A DNA stretch of 64,000 bases, taken from contig NC_068984.1 of NCBI RefSeq assembly GCF_001194135.2, positions 49,075,505 to 49,139,504 of the forward strand, given 5' to 3'. Of the stretch, positions 1 through 12,341 are shown in pieces. A program made the position numbers and the translations under genes. The stretch comes from Octopus bimaculoides (Eukaryota). The first letter of the stretch is position 1. Each line of letters starts with the position of its first letter. The notes beneath the pieces were generated by a model. The model did not search any database, was not told the origin of the DNA, and saw nothing but the letters and a program-made list of their open reading frames with translations.

Positions 1-111
1 AGATATTATAGAAAATTTTATTTACTCAATAAGATGGTGTCGAAAGGAAAAATAATTGAGCTATTCTTCACGATGATAACTGAACTACTAATGTCTCACA
101 CTTTCTCCTCT

Positions 112-118
112 TCTCTCG

Positions 119-207
<89 letters not shown>
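112..207. repeat. (CT)n microsatellite
   Basis: Long uninterrupted CT dinucleotide run; explains the poly-SL ORF 34..222. Confidence 0.95.
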
Positions 208-210
<3 letters not shown>

Positions 211-287
211 AAATATATATAATATCATATATTACGCCTTTATATATTTATATATTTAATCCTTTATATTGAACACTCAATATTTCA

Positions 288-350
288 TATATTCAATAAG
301 ACATATTCCATATATTCAATAAGACATATTCCATATATTCAATAAGACAT
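288..350. repeat. 23-bp tandem repeat, about 2.7 copies
   Basis: Unit tatattcaataagacatattcca starts at 288, 311 and 334. Confidence 0.85.
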
Positions 351-550
351 TCAATATTTCATTTCATTGTACCATCCATCTTTTTTTATATTATATATTA
401 TATATTCCATATTCTATATCCCACATAAATGTTACAAGAATATAAATAACAAACATAAAAAACAGACAGAGTTGGAACTCTTTCAAATAAAATAATATAT
501 TCCTCTATACACGATCATACAAAACCCTTTTTTTGTATTTATTTTTACTC

Positions 551-582
<32 letters not shown>

Positions 583-729
583 GTATGTATATGCTGTACA
601 TCAATACTGGGAATGAGATGCAAGCTTTCTCATGATTTCGATCATTAAAAATCTCTAAACCTCTTTCTTTTCGAGAACTGAAATCATGGAGAATGTTTAT
701 TACACATTTAAATGTTTTCTATTACTTAA

Positions 730-1032
730 AAATTTACTCTCTGAGGCACAATTCCGGGCAAGGTTGTTCATGAAAGACCAGCAATCGCCCATGCATACCA
801 GCCACCACTCTTCACACCAATGATTTTATCCAAGAGAAAGGAAAAGCCGATACAGTTTGGCACTATTTACGTCACAACTTATTTCTGCAGCTGAGTGAAC
901 TGGAGCAGCATGAAATAAAGTGTCTTGCTCAAGAACACAACATAGCACAACTGACGGACCGGTCCGGGAATCGAACTCACCAACTCATGATTGTGAGCCC
1001 GGCCCGCTAACCACTAAGCCATGTGACTTCAC
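730..1032 (-). mobile_element. tRNA-derived SINE, family 1
   Basis: Reverse complement has A-box-like tggcttagtggttag and B-box-like gagttcgattccc, then ttgtgttcttgagcaagacactttatttca; homologous to copies at 40230-40372 and 56209-56538. Confidence 0.85.
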
Positions 1033-1065
1033 CTTCTATTACTTAAATCTATTTTTATGTATATG

Positions 1066-1098
1066 NNNNNNNNNNNNNNNNNNNNNNNNNNNNNNNNN
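1066..1098. other. Assembly gap (N run)
   Basis: Run of n. Other gaps: 25463-25798, 32346-32540, 34996-35928, 37931-38203, 52939-53709, almost all bordered by (TA)n or (CT)n. Confidence 0.99.
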
Positions 1099-4049
1099 TT
1101 TTTTTTTTTTTTATAACCTTGTAACTCTTATCCTGTAATGAAACACGTGTGACGAGGAATAAAAATATCAAAAATTTCCAGTTTTCATTCTAATATATGC
1201 TTACTCTGTAAAATTTGATCCACTAGAACTTTGAAGTGGGATGTATACTGCATTTAAATAAAAGATGTATATACATGCATTTGATTACTGGAACGTGCAC
1301 ATGTGCATCACGAGTGTACATGTTTGTGTGTGCGCTTTATACAGACATATCCAGTTATGAATGTGTGTATGTATGTATGTATGTATGTATATATATATAT
1401 AGAGAGAGAGAGGGGGAGGGAGAGAGAGAGGGAGGCAGAGAGAAAGAGAGGGAGAGAGAAAGGGAGGGAGAGAGGAAGGGAGGGGAGAGAAAGATCGTAT
1501 GTATTTATTAGTTATTTAGTTATTTTGAAATAATGTAATGATGCAAATACACTGAAAGTTGTCACTCAGGAAAATAGCATCTTCAATCCTGCCAAAATTG
1601 TGTAGTAATAACAAAGCATTGGGAAATAACAGATAAGTATGTATTTATGAGGATATATTTATTTGTGAAGTGTGAGAGTTTTTTCATCATGAAAGTTATA
1701 GTTCTAAGTAAATTAAAAATTATTGAATTTATCTTTCGTAATTGATGTGCCTTTATATGCTGTAGAGACTCAGATTTTGCTGAGATAACAATAATTGCTG
1801 TGCCAGTTAATATAGATACGTGTTCTTCTGAACTGGTAGAAGATTGAGCAGGTCATTTATGAAACTGTTTTAGGAAAGGGAATATCAAGGATAATGAATA
1901 CATGTTTTGAAAAATCATATGAAATTATAAAATATAGCTTCCTACGAAATATGAATTTTAACTAATTTCTATAACAAAATCTGAACGCAAAATGAAAGCT
2001 AATTTGTGGAGTGGGTTCTATCTGTGTGTTTTTTATCATCTGGTCTCCTGTGAATACAATCATTAACGCTTTTATAATTTTCCTGGTATTCAACCTCACT
2101 CATACCTTGCATTATGTGGAAGTCTATACCTACGGACACTATTCCATTCATGAACAGATCAAGTAAGATGTATATGCCCATGAAAATCTTTCAGTGGCAT
2201 AATAATATTTAAATCATATTTACATGATGAAATTGTGAACGAAATTGTGGAAAGTAGCAAAGGCGAAATTTTGCTTATTCTAAACAGTGTAGTTTTATAA
2301 CGAACTTTTTTGGACAAGAATAAAAATTCGGGAAAAGCATGGTTTGCTAATATAAGTATCTAACTATCAGAATATTTTATAGGTTTTAAATTATCTTGTA
2401 ACGTTTCTATCAACAAGAAGAGATGCTTTCTGTACATCTGTTTATAAGATTTTTTTTTGTTTTTGTTTTGTTTTTGTTTTTGTAAAGAGAATCTTGTTAT
2501 GTATTATTTTTTTTTCTTCTGTGATACATCCTTGCTTTAGATATTATAATCCGCTTAAAAGTATATCATTGAATTTATATCAGCTCCCTATTCAATGGAA
2601 ATAGAAGGATGTCTTCTACATTTGTTTCGGCAGATATTCATGTGTTGGTTATAATAATGTTTGAATTAATGTTTTGAAGTGAGTCCAAGACAGATATATG
2701 TATCTGCGTGTGTGCTTTATGTGTGTATTTGTATGTTTCAGTAGTGTGTTAGTTTTTACTGTGCATTGGCAAATTATGTCCTATGATAGACAAATGATAC
2801 TATTTAGACAGATGCAGTTGCTACTCGTTGGATTGTTATATAATTTATGCTTAAGAAAATTAGAAAAATACGATAATATTAGTAACATGTAGTATAGCTA
2901 CATATAAAAAATATGATAGGAATTTGCATTCATTGGTATTTATGGAGATGCAATAAATATTTTCTGATTAATTTAAATAAATTATTTGCTGTTGGCCTTT
3001 TGACGTGAATTTTTAGGGCGTTTATAGCAATTATTGTTTTCCCATAGTGTTGTTTCTAGATTCGATGTTTTTATATATAATTTTTTTTTTTTCTTTATTT
3101 AATGTACTTTTTGCGAGAAATTATTCATTGCAATAGCTCAGAGATTAGAAAGTATTAGAGAAGTGGCATGGAATAGTTCTCAGTTAGTTCTATGTTCTGA
3201 GAATATAAGTGGGTGTTTCGTTCGATTTTATCTAATAACTTACCAACTGCAATATTATTGACAATAATTATTGTGATCTTACATTTCTTTTTAAAAAATG
3301 GAAGACTTCCTTCTATCCATCTGTTAGTAGTTATCGTTGGCTGTTTATTAGAAGACCATTACCCCATCAATGAGAACTTCTTTAAATCGAGTAATATGTA
3401 TAATCGTATTAAATCATTGATCTTGGAAAAATAGGGTGAACCTATAGTAATGTCAAAAGACATCGGTGAGCTTTAATCCATAGGGAGTTGGGAAGCTGCA
3501 AAAATCGCTTGATGTGCAAATGTCATAATTCTGATTTCTATGTTATTTAGCAAAGTTTGAGTCAATGGCAGACAATATTCTTGTATATTGAATTATAAAA
3601 ACTCACAGTATCGTTTATAGGATATGAATTTAAATCATTCTATTATTATGTGTTGGCTATTCCGTTGCGCTAGTGATGATTCGTGTCTTTGTTGCGAAAT
3701 TATTCTACATTTTTATTAATTTTGCTGGTGCTCAATTTGCTGGATTTAATTATTTGGAAGAAATGTTTATATTTGAACTTTCGTTTATGAATTACCTCCG
3801 GGCTGCAGTCCATTTTATTTCGATCTATCTTTTAATACTGTTTGTAATATATCATAAATCCTAAGTACTTCTTTATTTAAAGAGCACGATGATGTTGTAT
3901 TATCAACGATTTCAATCTATAACGCATTTCTAATAGGTATAAAGGAGATAAAGTTTATAATTCAACATTTACAAAAAGTACCCTATTGTTATACTTAAAA
4001 ATAACTAATATTGTTATATTTGGGGATGGACACTTACTTTTTTTTTTAC

Positions 4050-5130
4050 CAATAAAAGCACGCACTATTTATCTGATCTTCACTTTAGCTGTATTATTAG
4101 AGTTCTTTCGTCGCACATTTTGCAAGCCTTTCCGTGACATTATGCTCTTTTGTGTCTCTTTCTCCCCTCTGGCCTTGTCTTGTCTATTACATTTTGTCTT
4201 TTGTACCAGTGAGTGTGTCTGTATGTTAGGTATTTGTATGTGACATGTGTGCATATATGGGTTTCTATATTACAGTTTATACCTGTGCCGTTATTATTTA
4301 TTCCGTCCTTAGCCGTAGGGTTATGAGGTGTTGTGGATGGGTATTATTACTCCGTTTTCTGTTGAGGTTTGGTCTATTTTCTATTGTGTGTGGCCACTGT
4401 AGTCCGTCTGATTGTTCTGTCTGTCCTATGTCCCGAAAAGTTCCTAATATCTATGCTTTCTATCGAAACACCATGCTCAAGTTTAGCAAGCTGGAATAAC
4501 ATTGTGGACCTTTTATCCGCTTTGAGTTCCCACCAGTGTTCATTTAGTCTCTCACCTCTGCTACGGACTGTCTCTGTATTATGCGTCGTTGTCCTATAAT
4601 GCACCGTCCCTCAGTTAACCTTATACTATAGACAACATTCCTGATTTTGCTGTCTATCTGTGGGCTTACTCTATACACTATCAGTATAGGATGTTTTCTC
4701 AAATGGGTATATTCTACAGATCAGAGATTTTATGGGAGTACATGGCCTTTCCAATACGTTAATCCGTAACTTCGTTTTACTTTTGACTTTTCTAAAATAA
4801 TATTCTAATTCGCCTCCATGCGTAGCATCGACGAAAATGACACTCTGGTATGTTGGGTTGTCATACCATGTGTTGCCCTTACCTATATTCTAACTTCTTT
4901 CTTTGTTGTTCCATGATTTTGAATTTAGCCGTGACTCTTTTCTATACGCTGGTCCTCTCTCTCTTTGGTTGTATCCCAGGAACGGTATGTGGTGGATGAA
5001 ATACTGTACGTGTCTCTCTCAATAATACTAAATAATCTATCATACCTCACAAAGAAGTATTTCCTTAATTGGTGACATGACGGCTACTTCATATTTTTTA
5101 TTACGAGATAAATTTGACGAGTCAATATGC
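4050..5130 (-). mobile_element. Decayed Penelope-like element, RT-EN linker and GIY-YIG endonuclease
   Basis: Minus-strand translation gives WYDNPTYQSVIFVDATHGGEL...RNVV...TETVRSRGERLNEH (GET.RS..ERL.EH-like); same architecture as the element at 43850-45060; stops and frameshifts present. Confidence 0.7.
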
Positions 5131-5672
5131 AAGAATAATTGACAATGTTATTTTAATACTTGACGACATCAATTACATGAAGAAAATGAGTACATGTATA
5201 TGCAGCACACAGTTTTTAAAATAATTTCCCAATTCTGCTAGGCTACATGTATTCCTTTTGATATAGTTTGGCTTCAGTTATTCTTAGAATAAGCAAACAC
5301 AAAATTAAACTCCGCCAACCAGAAGTATATGAAATTATGTAGAAGCAATGAATTGATATTTTTACAAAAACTATGTCAATTATTTTAATTAGGATTTATC
5401 TACAAATAACGAAAGACAGAAAATTGTAGTTTGAAGAATGCGGTGGTGAGCATAATTTTGGCTAACGAAACATCAGTTTAGAGTGGATGTAAGTTCATTA
5501 ACTCCCAACCAGTATATTCTACAGTCTTTTAGAAAGAATTATTCCAAATAAATAAAAGTATAAACTTTAGTAAAACCAATATAAACTCGCTGAGGAACTT
5601 TAGCTCTAAATTGTGCGACATCAGACATTCGATCTCATCATGGAACAAAATGGGACAGCACTAAATTAGTTC

Positions 5673-5704
<32 letters not shown>

Positions 5705-5714
5705 TAAGAAAACA

Positions 5715-5935
5715 AAAAATGGAACAAGAACGTAACAGGCGATAACAAAACATCCGGACAGTTAGACGATACGTAAAAGGACGGAAAAAAAACAATGATG
5801 GGTTATTCGGAGCTTTCTATCTTCAGTCGAGATCCAGATTATCTCAGTAGTTTCGGTCGGTTACACTCGAGACTGCTCTAATTTAACCGGCCTCAAGAAA
5901 ATCTAAGCTAAGAGCACTAGATTCCTTGCATGTGT
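5715..5935 (-). mobile_element. Probable PLE-type terminal fragment, unclassified
   Basis: Non-microsatellite segment between (AT)n and (GT)n arrays next to the PLE terminal repeat; no coding motif, assignment by context only. Confidence 0.3.
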
Positions 5936-6032
5936 ATGTGTGTGGGTGTGTATATATTTGCTAAAGAGGATAACAAACGCTAAGGCAAGACAAACATCTC
6001 AAGTCATATACGTTATTATTATCTAAAAAATT

Positions 6033-6225
6033 AAAGATGGCGTGTTGGCATAGACGTTAGCACGCCGGGCGAAACGCTTAGCATTATTTCGTCTGTCTTA
6101 CGTTCTGAGGTCAAATTTCGCCGTGGTCGATAAGTAAAGTACCAGTTGCGTATTGAGATCGATCTAATCGACTGGCGCCCTCCCCAGAAATTTTGGACCT
6201 TGTGCCTGGAGTAGAAAAGAATATT
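6033..6225 (+). mobile_element. tRNA-derived SINE, family 2 (Meta-domain-like), left monomer
   Basis: Head gttagcacgccgggcgaaacgcttagc, B-box-like ggtcaaatttc, tail cttgtgcctggagtagaaaagaatatt; the central tttcatcctttcgggg block is deleted in this copy. Confidence 0.8.
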
Positions 6226-6235
6226 CTCCTTTATT

Positions 6236-6478
6236 AAAGGCGGTGAGCAGGCAAAATCGTTAGCACGCAGGGCGAAATGCTTAGCGGTATTTCGTCTGTC
6301 TTTACGTCCTAAGTTCAAATTCCACCGAGGTCGATTTTTGCTTTTCATCCTTTCGGGGTTGATGAATTAACTACCAGTTGCGTACTGAGTTCGATCTAAT
6401 CGGCTGACCCCCCCCCACACACACACACACACCTCCACCAAAATTTCGGGCCTTGTGCCTAGGGTGGGAAATATTATT
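6236..6478 (+). mobile_element. tRNA-derived SINE, family 2 (Meta-domain-like), right monomer
   Basis: gttcaaattccaccgaggtcgatttttgcttttcatcctttcggggttgatgaattaactaccagtt resembles the MetaSINE central domain; homologous to 25893-26105 and 62745-62932. Confidence 0.85.
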
Positions 6479-6483
6479 TAAAG

Positions 6484-6540
6484 TTTTACATCTGTTTCTG
6501 AGAGATCTGAAAACATTGGATATCCCGTCACCGGAGACAA
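6484..6540 (-). ncRNA. Degenerate type I hammerhead ribozyme at PLE 3' end
   Basis: Minus strand reads gtctc-CCGGTGA-cgggat...-GAAA-cagatg-TA; core has two transitions from CUGAUGA and stem III ACAGATGT is one change from palindromic ACAGCTGT. Confidence 0.4.
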
Positions 6541-7937
6541 ATAGGGAAAATGTGAACGGTATAGATTAAGGAAACGATGAAATAAAGGACTGAAGAAATT
6601 TTTAAAGACGAAGAAAAGGAAATATAGAGGTTCACAGTTCAAATTTCCGATAGTGTAGATGCTAGTCCATAAGTCTTTAGGTACAATTCTATGTAAATCC
6701 AGGTATGATTAGATCCTTCATAGTGTAAATATGCAGAGAGAAACGTGACCATATCTATGGTTCGTAAGAGAATGATAAGAGAAGTGGCTATTGAGGGATA
6801 AAGAGAAAGAAAAATAAATTGAAAGAGAGAGGTATTGGTAGGGAAGCGGGAGGTACACAGAGAGGAGGAAGAGTGCAATTGACAGAGCACTGGCAAGGAT
6901 TGGTAGGAAGAATGAAATAAGGAATATAAAAATATAATGTACAAAAATAAACAAGAAGATAAATAAAGAAGTATACAAGGGTAAATAAGAAGAGAGAAGG
7001 AAGGTAAAGGGAGATAACGTAAAAATACAAAATAAAGTCAAATAAAGTGAATGGGATTCAAAGAGAAGTGGATATAAAGAAGATAGTAGATGCCAGTTTT
7101 TAGGGTTGGGGCAGGAAGTCAAGTAGTAAGTGCTTGTGTCCATTTTATGACTGAGGTTAGTGGCTATAGAAATATTTCTAGATATGGGGGTATGAGTGTC
7201 CAAAGGGTGAGTGTGTAAAGGCGTGAATGGGAAAAAGAGTTGAATGTTAAATTATTTAGGAATAAAGGCTGCAGCTAAAGATTAGGGGATCTGTGAGGTT
7301 AAGATTTTAAAATAAATTAAAGAATTAACACTTATAGTCTAAGGTATTAAGATTGATAGAACAAATATACAAGGATATGTAATAACGGCCATGAAGGTAT
7401 TGTATGTAAGTGTTATGTGTGGGGCGGTAAGTTTTCACTTGGATTTATGGAATAATTTTAAACTGCGGGATGCCAGAATCTATTATAGTCTTGAATAAAC
7501 TATATGGTATTTTTCTATTAATTATATGATGTATGTAACTGGCTAGTGATGTGGAATTGCTATGCTCTTTATATTTAAATGAGTTTAAACGTGCAGAATA
7601 TATTTGTTTAAAATTAGTGGTTAATCCAGTATAGTAGCTGTTGAAGTTATTTAATATGTTGTGGACGGTGCATTGGTATACCATGATGAATCTTCTGCAT
7701 TGGGCTTGCAGCGGGCAGTCGGTCCCAGATCTGCAGTTGCAGCTATGTGTTCTAAGATAATTAGTTGGAGAGTGGGATGAAGTAGCGTTGTTTGCAGACG
7801 AGTTAAAGGCTAGAGTTGTATTAAGTGACTGATTCATGTTAGTGTTTTATCATTGCTATAACTGGTATTACTATTATCACCGCCACCATTAACATTGTTA
7901 TTATTATTATTACCGTTGTTACTGTTATCATCATCGC

Positions 7938-7985
<48 letters not shown>
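6484..7985 (-). mobile_element. Penelope-like element, 3' part (GIY-YIG endonuclease and 3' terminal repeat)
   Basis: ORF 7445..7837 reads CNCRSGTDCPLQAQC...MVYQCTV...YYTGLTTNFK...RLNSF...TSLASYI, a PLE GIY-YIG with CNCR..CPL motif; 6697-6935 is repeated at 11182-11418. Confidence 0.8.

Positions 7986-7987
<2 letters not shown>
7940..7987. repeat. (AAT)n microsatellite at the 5' junction of the Dong-like element
   Basis: Pure TAA run ending immediately before gggcatatgggg. Confidence 0.95.
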
Positions 7988-10613
7988 GGGGCATATGGGG
8001 CATTTGTTAGTGATTGCACTTCTGTTCACCATCTGTCGCATGCCAGGAGTATGGATGATGATCACTAGTTCACAACAAAAACTCAAGTCTCACTCATGAC
8101 TCCGAGTAGCCGGTTGTGCATGCCGACGGTCATGCCCCGAGACCTCCACTCGACAGTAGTGCTAAACTAATTGAGGTGTAACGGCAGTTAGACTGCTGTT
8201 GTAGCTGAATGGATACCTTCCCCTAAGTGCATGAAGTCTGAGAGGGCGGATGACTTATAGAGTCAGATGGACAACGGCCTTGAAGGCGGAACCAGTAATG
8301 TGTGTGATACGCATAGGGCACATTCAGGTACTCAAGGAGTACGTGGCCAATCACCATGAATATACCCAGTATTTAACCAATTATGGATAAAGTCAATAAA
8401 AACAACCCATACCGCGTCGCTCGTCTCACGGGTCAACAAAGAACGCACCCCCTAGTGAGGAGTCAGACTGGGAGCGAAAATTTGGTTACTGGTTCGAACT
8501 CTACCCACTCCCGGGCGACTGTGGGCAACTTAACCGAGGAAAACCTCAGCCTGAGCTCCACCGATACAAGCCATACTACACGCAAAACCCTAGAAGTAAA
8601 TGGAATCGGGAAGGGTATAAACCAGTAATGGAAAATTACTACACGGCAGCAGTCACACCATCAGAAGATAACACAACAAAAAGGACAATAAGGTTAAATA
8701 TGGATCCCAACAAGTTAGGGAATGTCCGAAGAGATATCATTAAAAACAGGAGGCTCACAGACACTGAGCTGGAAGAAATTAAAGAAAAAGTCAACAGATC
8801 TCACCGTATTACACCAAAAACAAATGAAATGGAAATAGGGACTACAGAAAACCAAGAAGAGGATTATTTGAGGAGCGCTCAGTGGGTAATGAGATCGAAG
8901 AACCTGTAAAACGACAAGCAACACAAAACAGCGACATGGATAGGGAGAAATATTTGGAACTAAAAGAAGAAATACAAAGAAAATAGGAACAGCTAAAAGC
9001 ACAAGACACCACAGACAGAGAGCCCCTACCAAAAGTCAGTATGGATAAGAACCTGTAGGAGTTGATTAAAATTGGCAATAATGTAATAGATGATATAAAA
9101 TAAACAATAGAACCACTAAATACAACATCGCTAAACCAACTACCCTATGCTACAGTTGCAGCTATGACTGATGCAAAAGGCATAACACTAAAAAAGAAAA
9201 CTGTTCAACGGAAGAAAAGACAACCAAAATGGAAAGAAAACTTAGAAAAGGATATACAATGCATGAGAGGCGACCTGTCAATACTGACCGAAATAAGTAA
9301 CGGAAACCAGGTAAACCAAAGAAAAGCCAAGAAAATACGCAAAAAGCATGGGATCAAATAGAAAAAAATGAAATACCTGAAACAAAAGAAAACCTAAAGC
9401 AAAAAATCCAGGCAAAGGCACAGCAACTGTCGCGATATATAAAGAAAAGGAAACAATTTAGACAAAACAAATTATTTAAAGAAGATGGAAAGAAATTTTA
9501 CAGGGAACTCGGTAAAGAACAAATAAATGTTGAGCAACCGCCAAAGAAAGAGGATATGGAAAATTTCTGGAGTACGATATGGGAAAATGAAAAACAACAT
9601 AATGAAGATGCAGAATGGATTAAGGAACAAGAAACAATCCTGAAAAGTAAAGAAGTACAGGAATGGGAAGATATTCAAAATGAGGAGATCACCCTGACCC
9701 TCAAAAAGGTGAGCAATTGGGAGTCACTGGGAATAGATCGAGTGCCAAACTTCTGGATCAAGCAGCCAGTTGATATATATGGAGATATGTCATCAGAATA
9801 CTACGAAATCATGAAAAGCCCAGAAAATAGCCCAGACTGGTTGACACAGGGAGTGACATACCTAATACCAAAAACAAATGACACAGAAAACCCAAAGAAC
9901 TGTAGACCAATCACCTGTCAACCAATAATGTATAAAATATTAACATCTGTAATCACTGAAAGAACATACACATTCCTAGAAGAAAACAACCTACTACAAC
10001 CAGAACAAAAAGGTTGTCGAAAAGGGAGCTACGGATGCAAGCATCAAATGCTGATAAACAAAATGAACCTTGAAGACTGCAAAACTAGGAAAACGAACCT
10101 CAGCACATCATGGACTGACTACAAAAAGGCGTTCGATAGTCTACCTCACTCATGGATTCTGAAAGTATCCCTAACTCTCATCAAGTTTATGAAACACATG
10201 GGAGACTACGTTGACGCTAAACCATTCCAGTAGATCAATAACAAGCAGACCAATCAAAATCAAAAATGGTATCTTCCAAGGGGACTGGCTGTCACTCTTA
10301 ATATTCTGCTTAGCTCTGAAACCATTAAGTACCATGCTCAACAAGACCAGGTATCGAAATGAGATCGAGAAGAAAAAAGCGAGTCATCTTTTCTACATGG
10401 ATGATCTGAAAATGTACTAAAAGAATGACGAAAAACAAGGTCTACAGGCTACGGTTAAGAAGTTCAGTGATGATATCAGGATGCAGTTTGGACTGGAGAA
10501 ATGCGCGAAAGCCACTTTCATAAGAGGCAAACTGGCATGTTCTGCGGATATCCACGTAGATACAGAAGCAAGAAACCGAGCACTGGACCAAGAAGAAGCA
10601 TATAAATACCTTG
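7988..10613 (+). mobile_element. R4/Dong-type RLE non-LTR retrotransposon, 5' part, 3'-truncated
   Basis: N-terminal motifs LGNVRRDIIKNRRLTDTELEEIK and QPKWKENLEKDI, followed by RT motifs; ends at YKYLG; many stops and frameshifts. Confidence 0.85.
9556..10613 (+). pseudogene. Reverse transcriptase domain of the Dong-like element, disrupted
   Basis: LGIDRVPNFW, YLIPK..NCRPITC, EQKGCRKGS, WTDYKKAFDSLPHSWI, GIFQGD.LS.L.F, LFYMDDLK, FGLEKCA; frameshift near 10210 and stop at 10420. Confidence 0.9.
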
Positions 10614-10629
10614 GCCGTTACTTTCGTCT

Positions 10630-11470
10630 GAAAGTAACGGCATAAAGCTTTTGATTATACTCTTGAATGTAGATTTATGGTGGCTAGATTCTGTGTTGAT
10701 GTACTTAAGGTATTGACTGAGTTTATGATATGGGAAGTAAAGTGAAGAGTTTGAATCCAAAGTAGCATATATTTTTTATTGCTTCTTTCATCCGATTTGT
10801 GCCTATTATCATGAAAGAAGGCTTTCCATCTCATTCTTTGGTTAAGATAATTTGTTTTCCTAATTAAAAGCAGGAGAGGAGCTTTTTGAGATGGAATGGG
10901 TATATCTTTGAGTGAAATGCCCAGGAATTGTTTGTTCATAGTGAGCAGTACCTATATTAAATACTCTACGTGGCAATTTATACAAAATATGGGGATCTAG
11001 TTCACAGGTGATCTAAATGACTAGGTACGCTGCGTAAGAGCTGTAACGGATTACCAGGGCTCTAAGCTCATAGGCGAGATGGGAGTTATGGAGCCATTGT
11101 AGATTTCCGATAAAGCGGATATATATTTGTTAAAGAGGACAACAAACACGCTAAGACAAGACAAATATCACAAGTCATATCCAGGTATGATTAGATCCTT
11201 CATAGTGTAAATATCCAGAGTTAAATGAGATCATATCGATGACTCGTAAGAGAATGATAAGATAAGTGGCTATTGAGGGATAACGAGAAAGAAAATAAAT
11301 AGAAAGAGGGAGAAGTATTGGTAGGGAAGCAGGAAGTACAGAGAGAGGAAGAAGAATGCAATTGACTGAGCATTGGCAAGGACTGGTAGGAAGAATAAAA
11401 TAAGGAATATAAAAATACGCCAATTTTAGGCATAGTTAGCACTTAAAGCTAGTTCCTGAGCTGTGCATAT
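10630..11470 (-). mobile_element. Penelope-like element, 5' part (terminal repeat, 5' UTR, ORF start)
   Basis: ORF 10655..10939 LGISLKDIPIPS...NQRMRWKAFF matches the recalled PLE ORF N-terminus; 11182-11418 is a direct repeat of 6697-6935 and 11121-11180 of 5952-6009. Confidence 0.75.
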
Positions 11471-11550
11471 GAGTGTTTCTCTCTCTATCTTCAGACCACT
11501 CCTCATTCATACCCACAGGTCCTCTGTATCTGTCATTATTATTATTATTA

Positions 11551-11591
<41 letters not shown>

Positions 11592-11615
11592 GTTATTATT
11601 GTTATCATTATTATT

Positions 11616-11757
11616 GTTCAGTAGTTTTATTTTTATAACGTGCTTTCACTTCTATACCGAGCGCAGCTCAGTGCGCCTTGGGTATGTGCTGTGGTTTGCT
11701 GTGGTGCTCTTATGTTTACTGTATTGAAAGTGTTTTGCGTAGAATGTGTGCAGTACC

Positions 11758-11758
<1 letters not shown>
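11616..11758 (-). mobile_element. 3' stub of an R4/Dong-type LINE (subfamily B) inside an (ATT)n array
   Basis: Encodes GTAHILRKTLSIQ* then UTR gcacatacccaagg...actactgaac; homologous to the 3' ends at 15840-16070 and 62204-62422; (ATT)n at 11535-11615 and 11759-11835. Confidence 0.85.
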
Positions 11759-11821
<63 letters not shown>

Positions 11822-11869
11822 GTTATTATTATTATGTGAGAGAGTAGTGCATGCTATCAAAGTGACACT

Positions 11870-12300
11870 GAGGTACAACTATACGAAGACCAGTATACAC
11901 ATCATGACTACCCATCTGATAAGGGTACACCAGATACATGCATCACAACCATGTGTGCGCGTCATGGTGATCTCATATCAATATAAACAGCGCATGACCT
12001 TGAAGGTGGGGCCCAGTTCGAATTTGCATCAGGTCGAGTAGCCCATCCCGCTCAGAAGGTCTCTGAATATGGGTTGTTTAACGAAACACCCACGTTTCTA
12101 AAGGTGAAATATTCAAACCGCAAAGAATTCCTCTCAACACATAGCGCTATGATGTTCCCCCACTGCTTCTGCTGTGATCAGAGATTCACATATCGTCAGT
12201 CACCAAGGGACATGCTCAACTGGTCATGGTCAAACAACTGACAAGCAAATTTGTGGTATTGAACAGAATGTTTGCTGTAGCCCAACATTTATACCAAGAC
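11870..12300. repeat. Probable interspersed repeat, unclassified
   Basis: GC-richer non-coding block resembling, from memory, a common octopus dispersed repeat; single copy here, so unverified. Confidence 0.35.
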
Positions 12301-12341
12301 AAAACAATGAACATGATAATACTTCTAGTCAGGTAAGGCCA

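Noticed and set aside
288-350. Short direct repeats as a CRISPR-like array
   Set aside because: Contiguous tandem units without spacers, in eukaryotic DNA.
1999-2181. 60-aa ORF with ordinary composition
   Set aside because: No homology recognised and no consistent splice signals; length expected by chance.
5790-5840. CTGAAGA...CGAA hammerhead-like string on the minus strand
   Set aside because: No GAAA box in register and no convincing stems.
8100-8220. Possible HDV-like ribozyme in the Dong 5' UTR (acctc/gaggt pairing, GCTAA)
   Set aside because: Only a nested hairpin can be drawn; no P1, P1.1 or P4 for the double pseudoknot.
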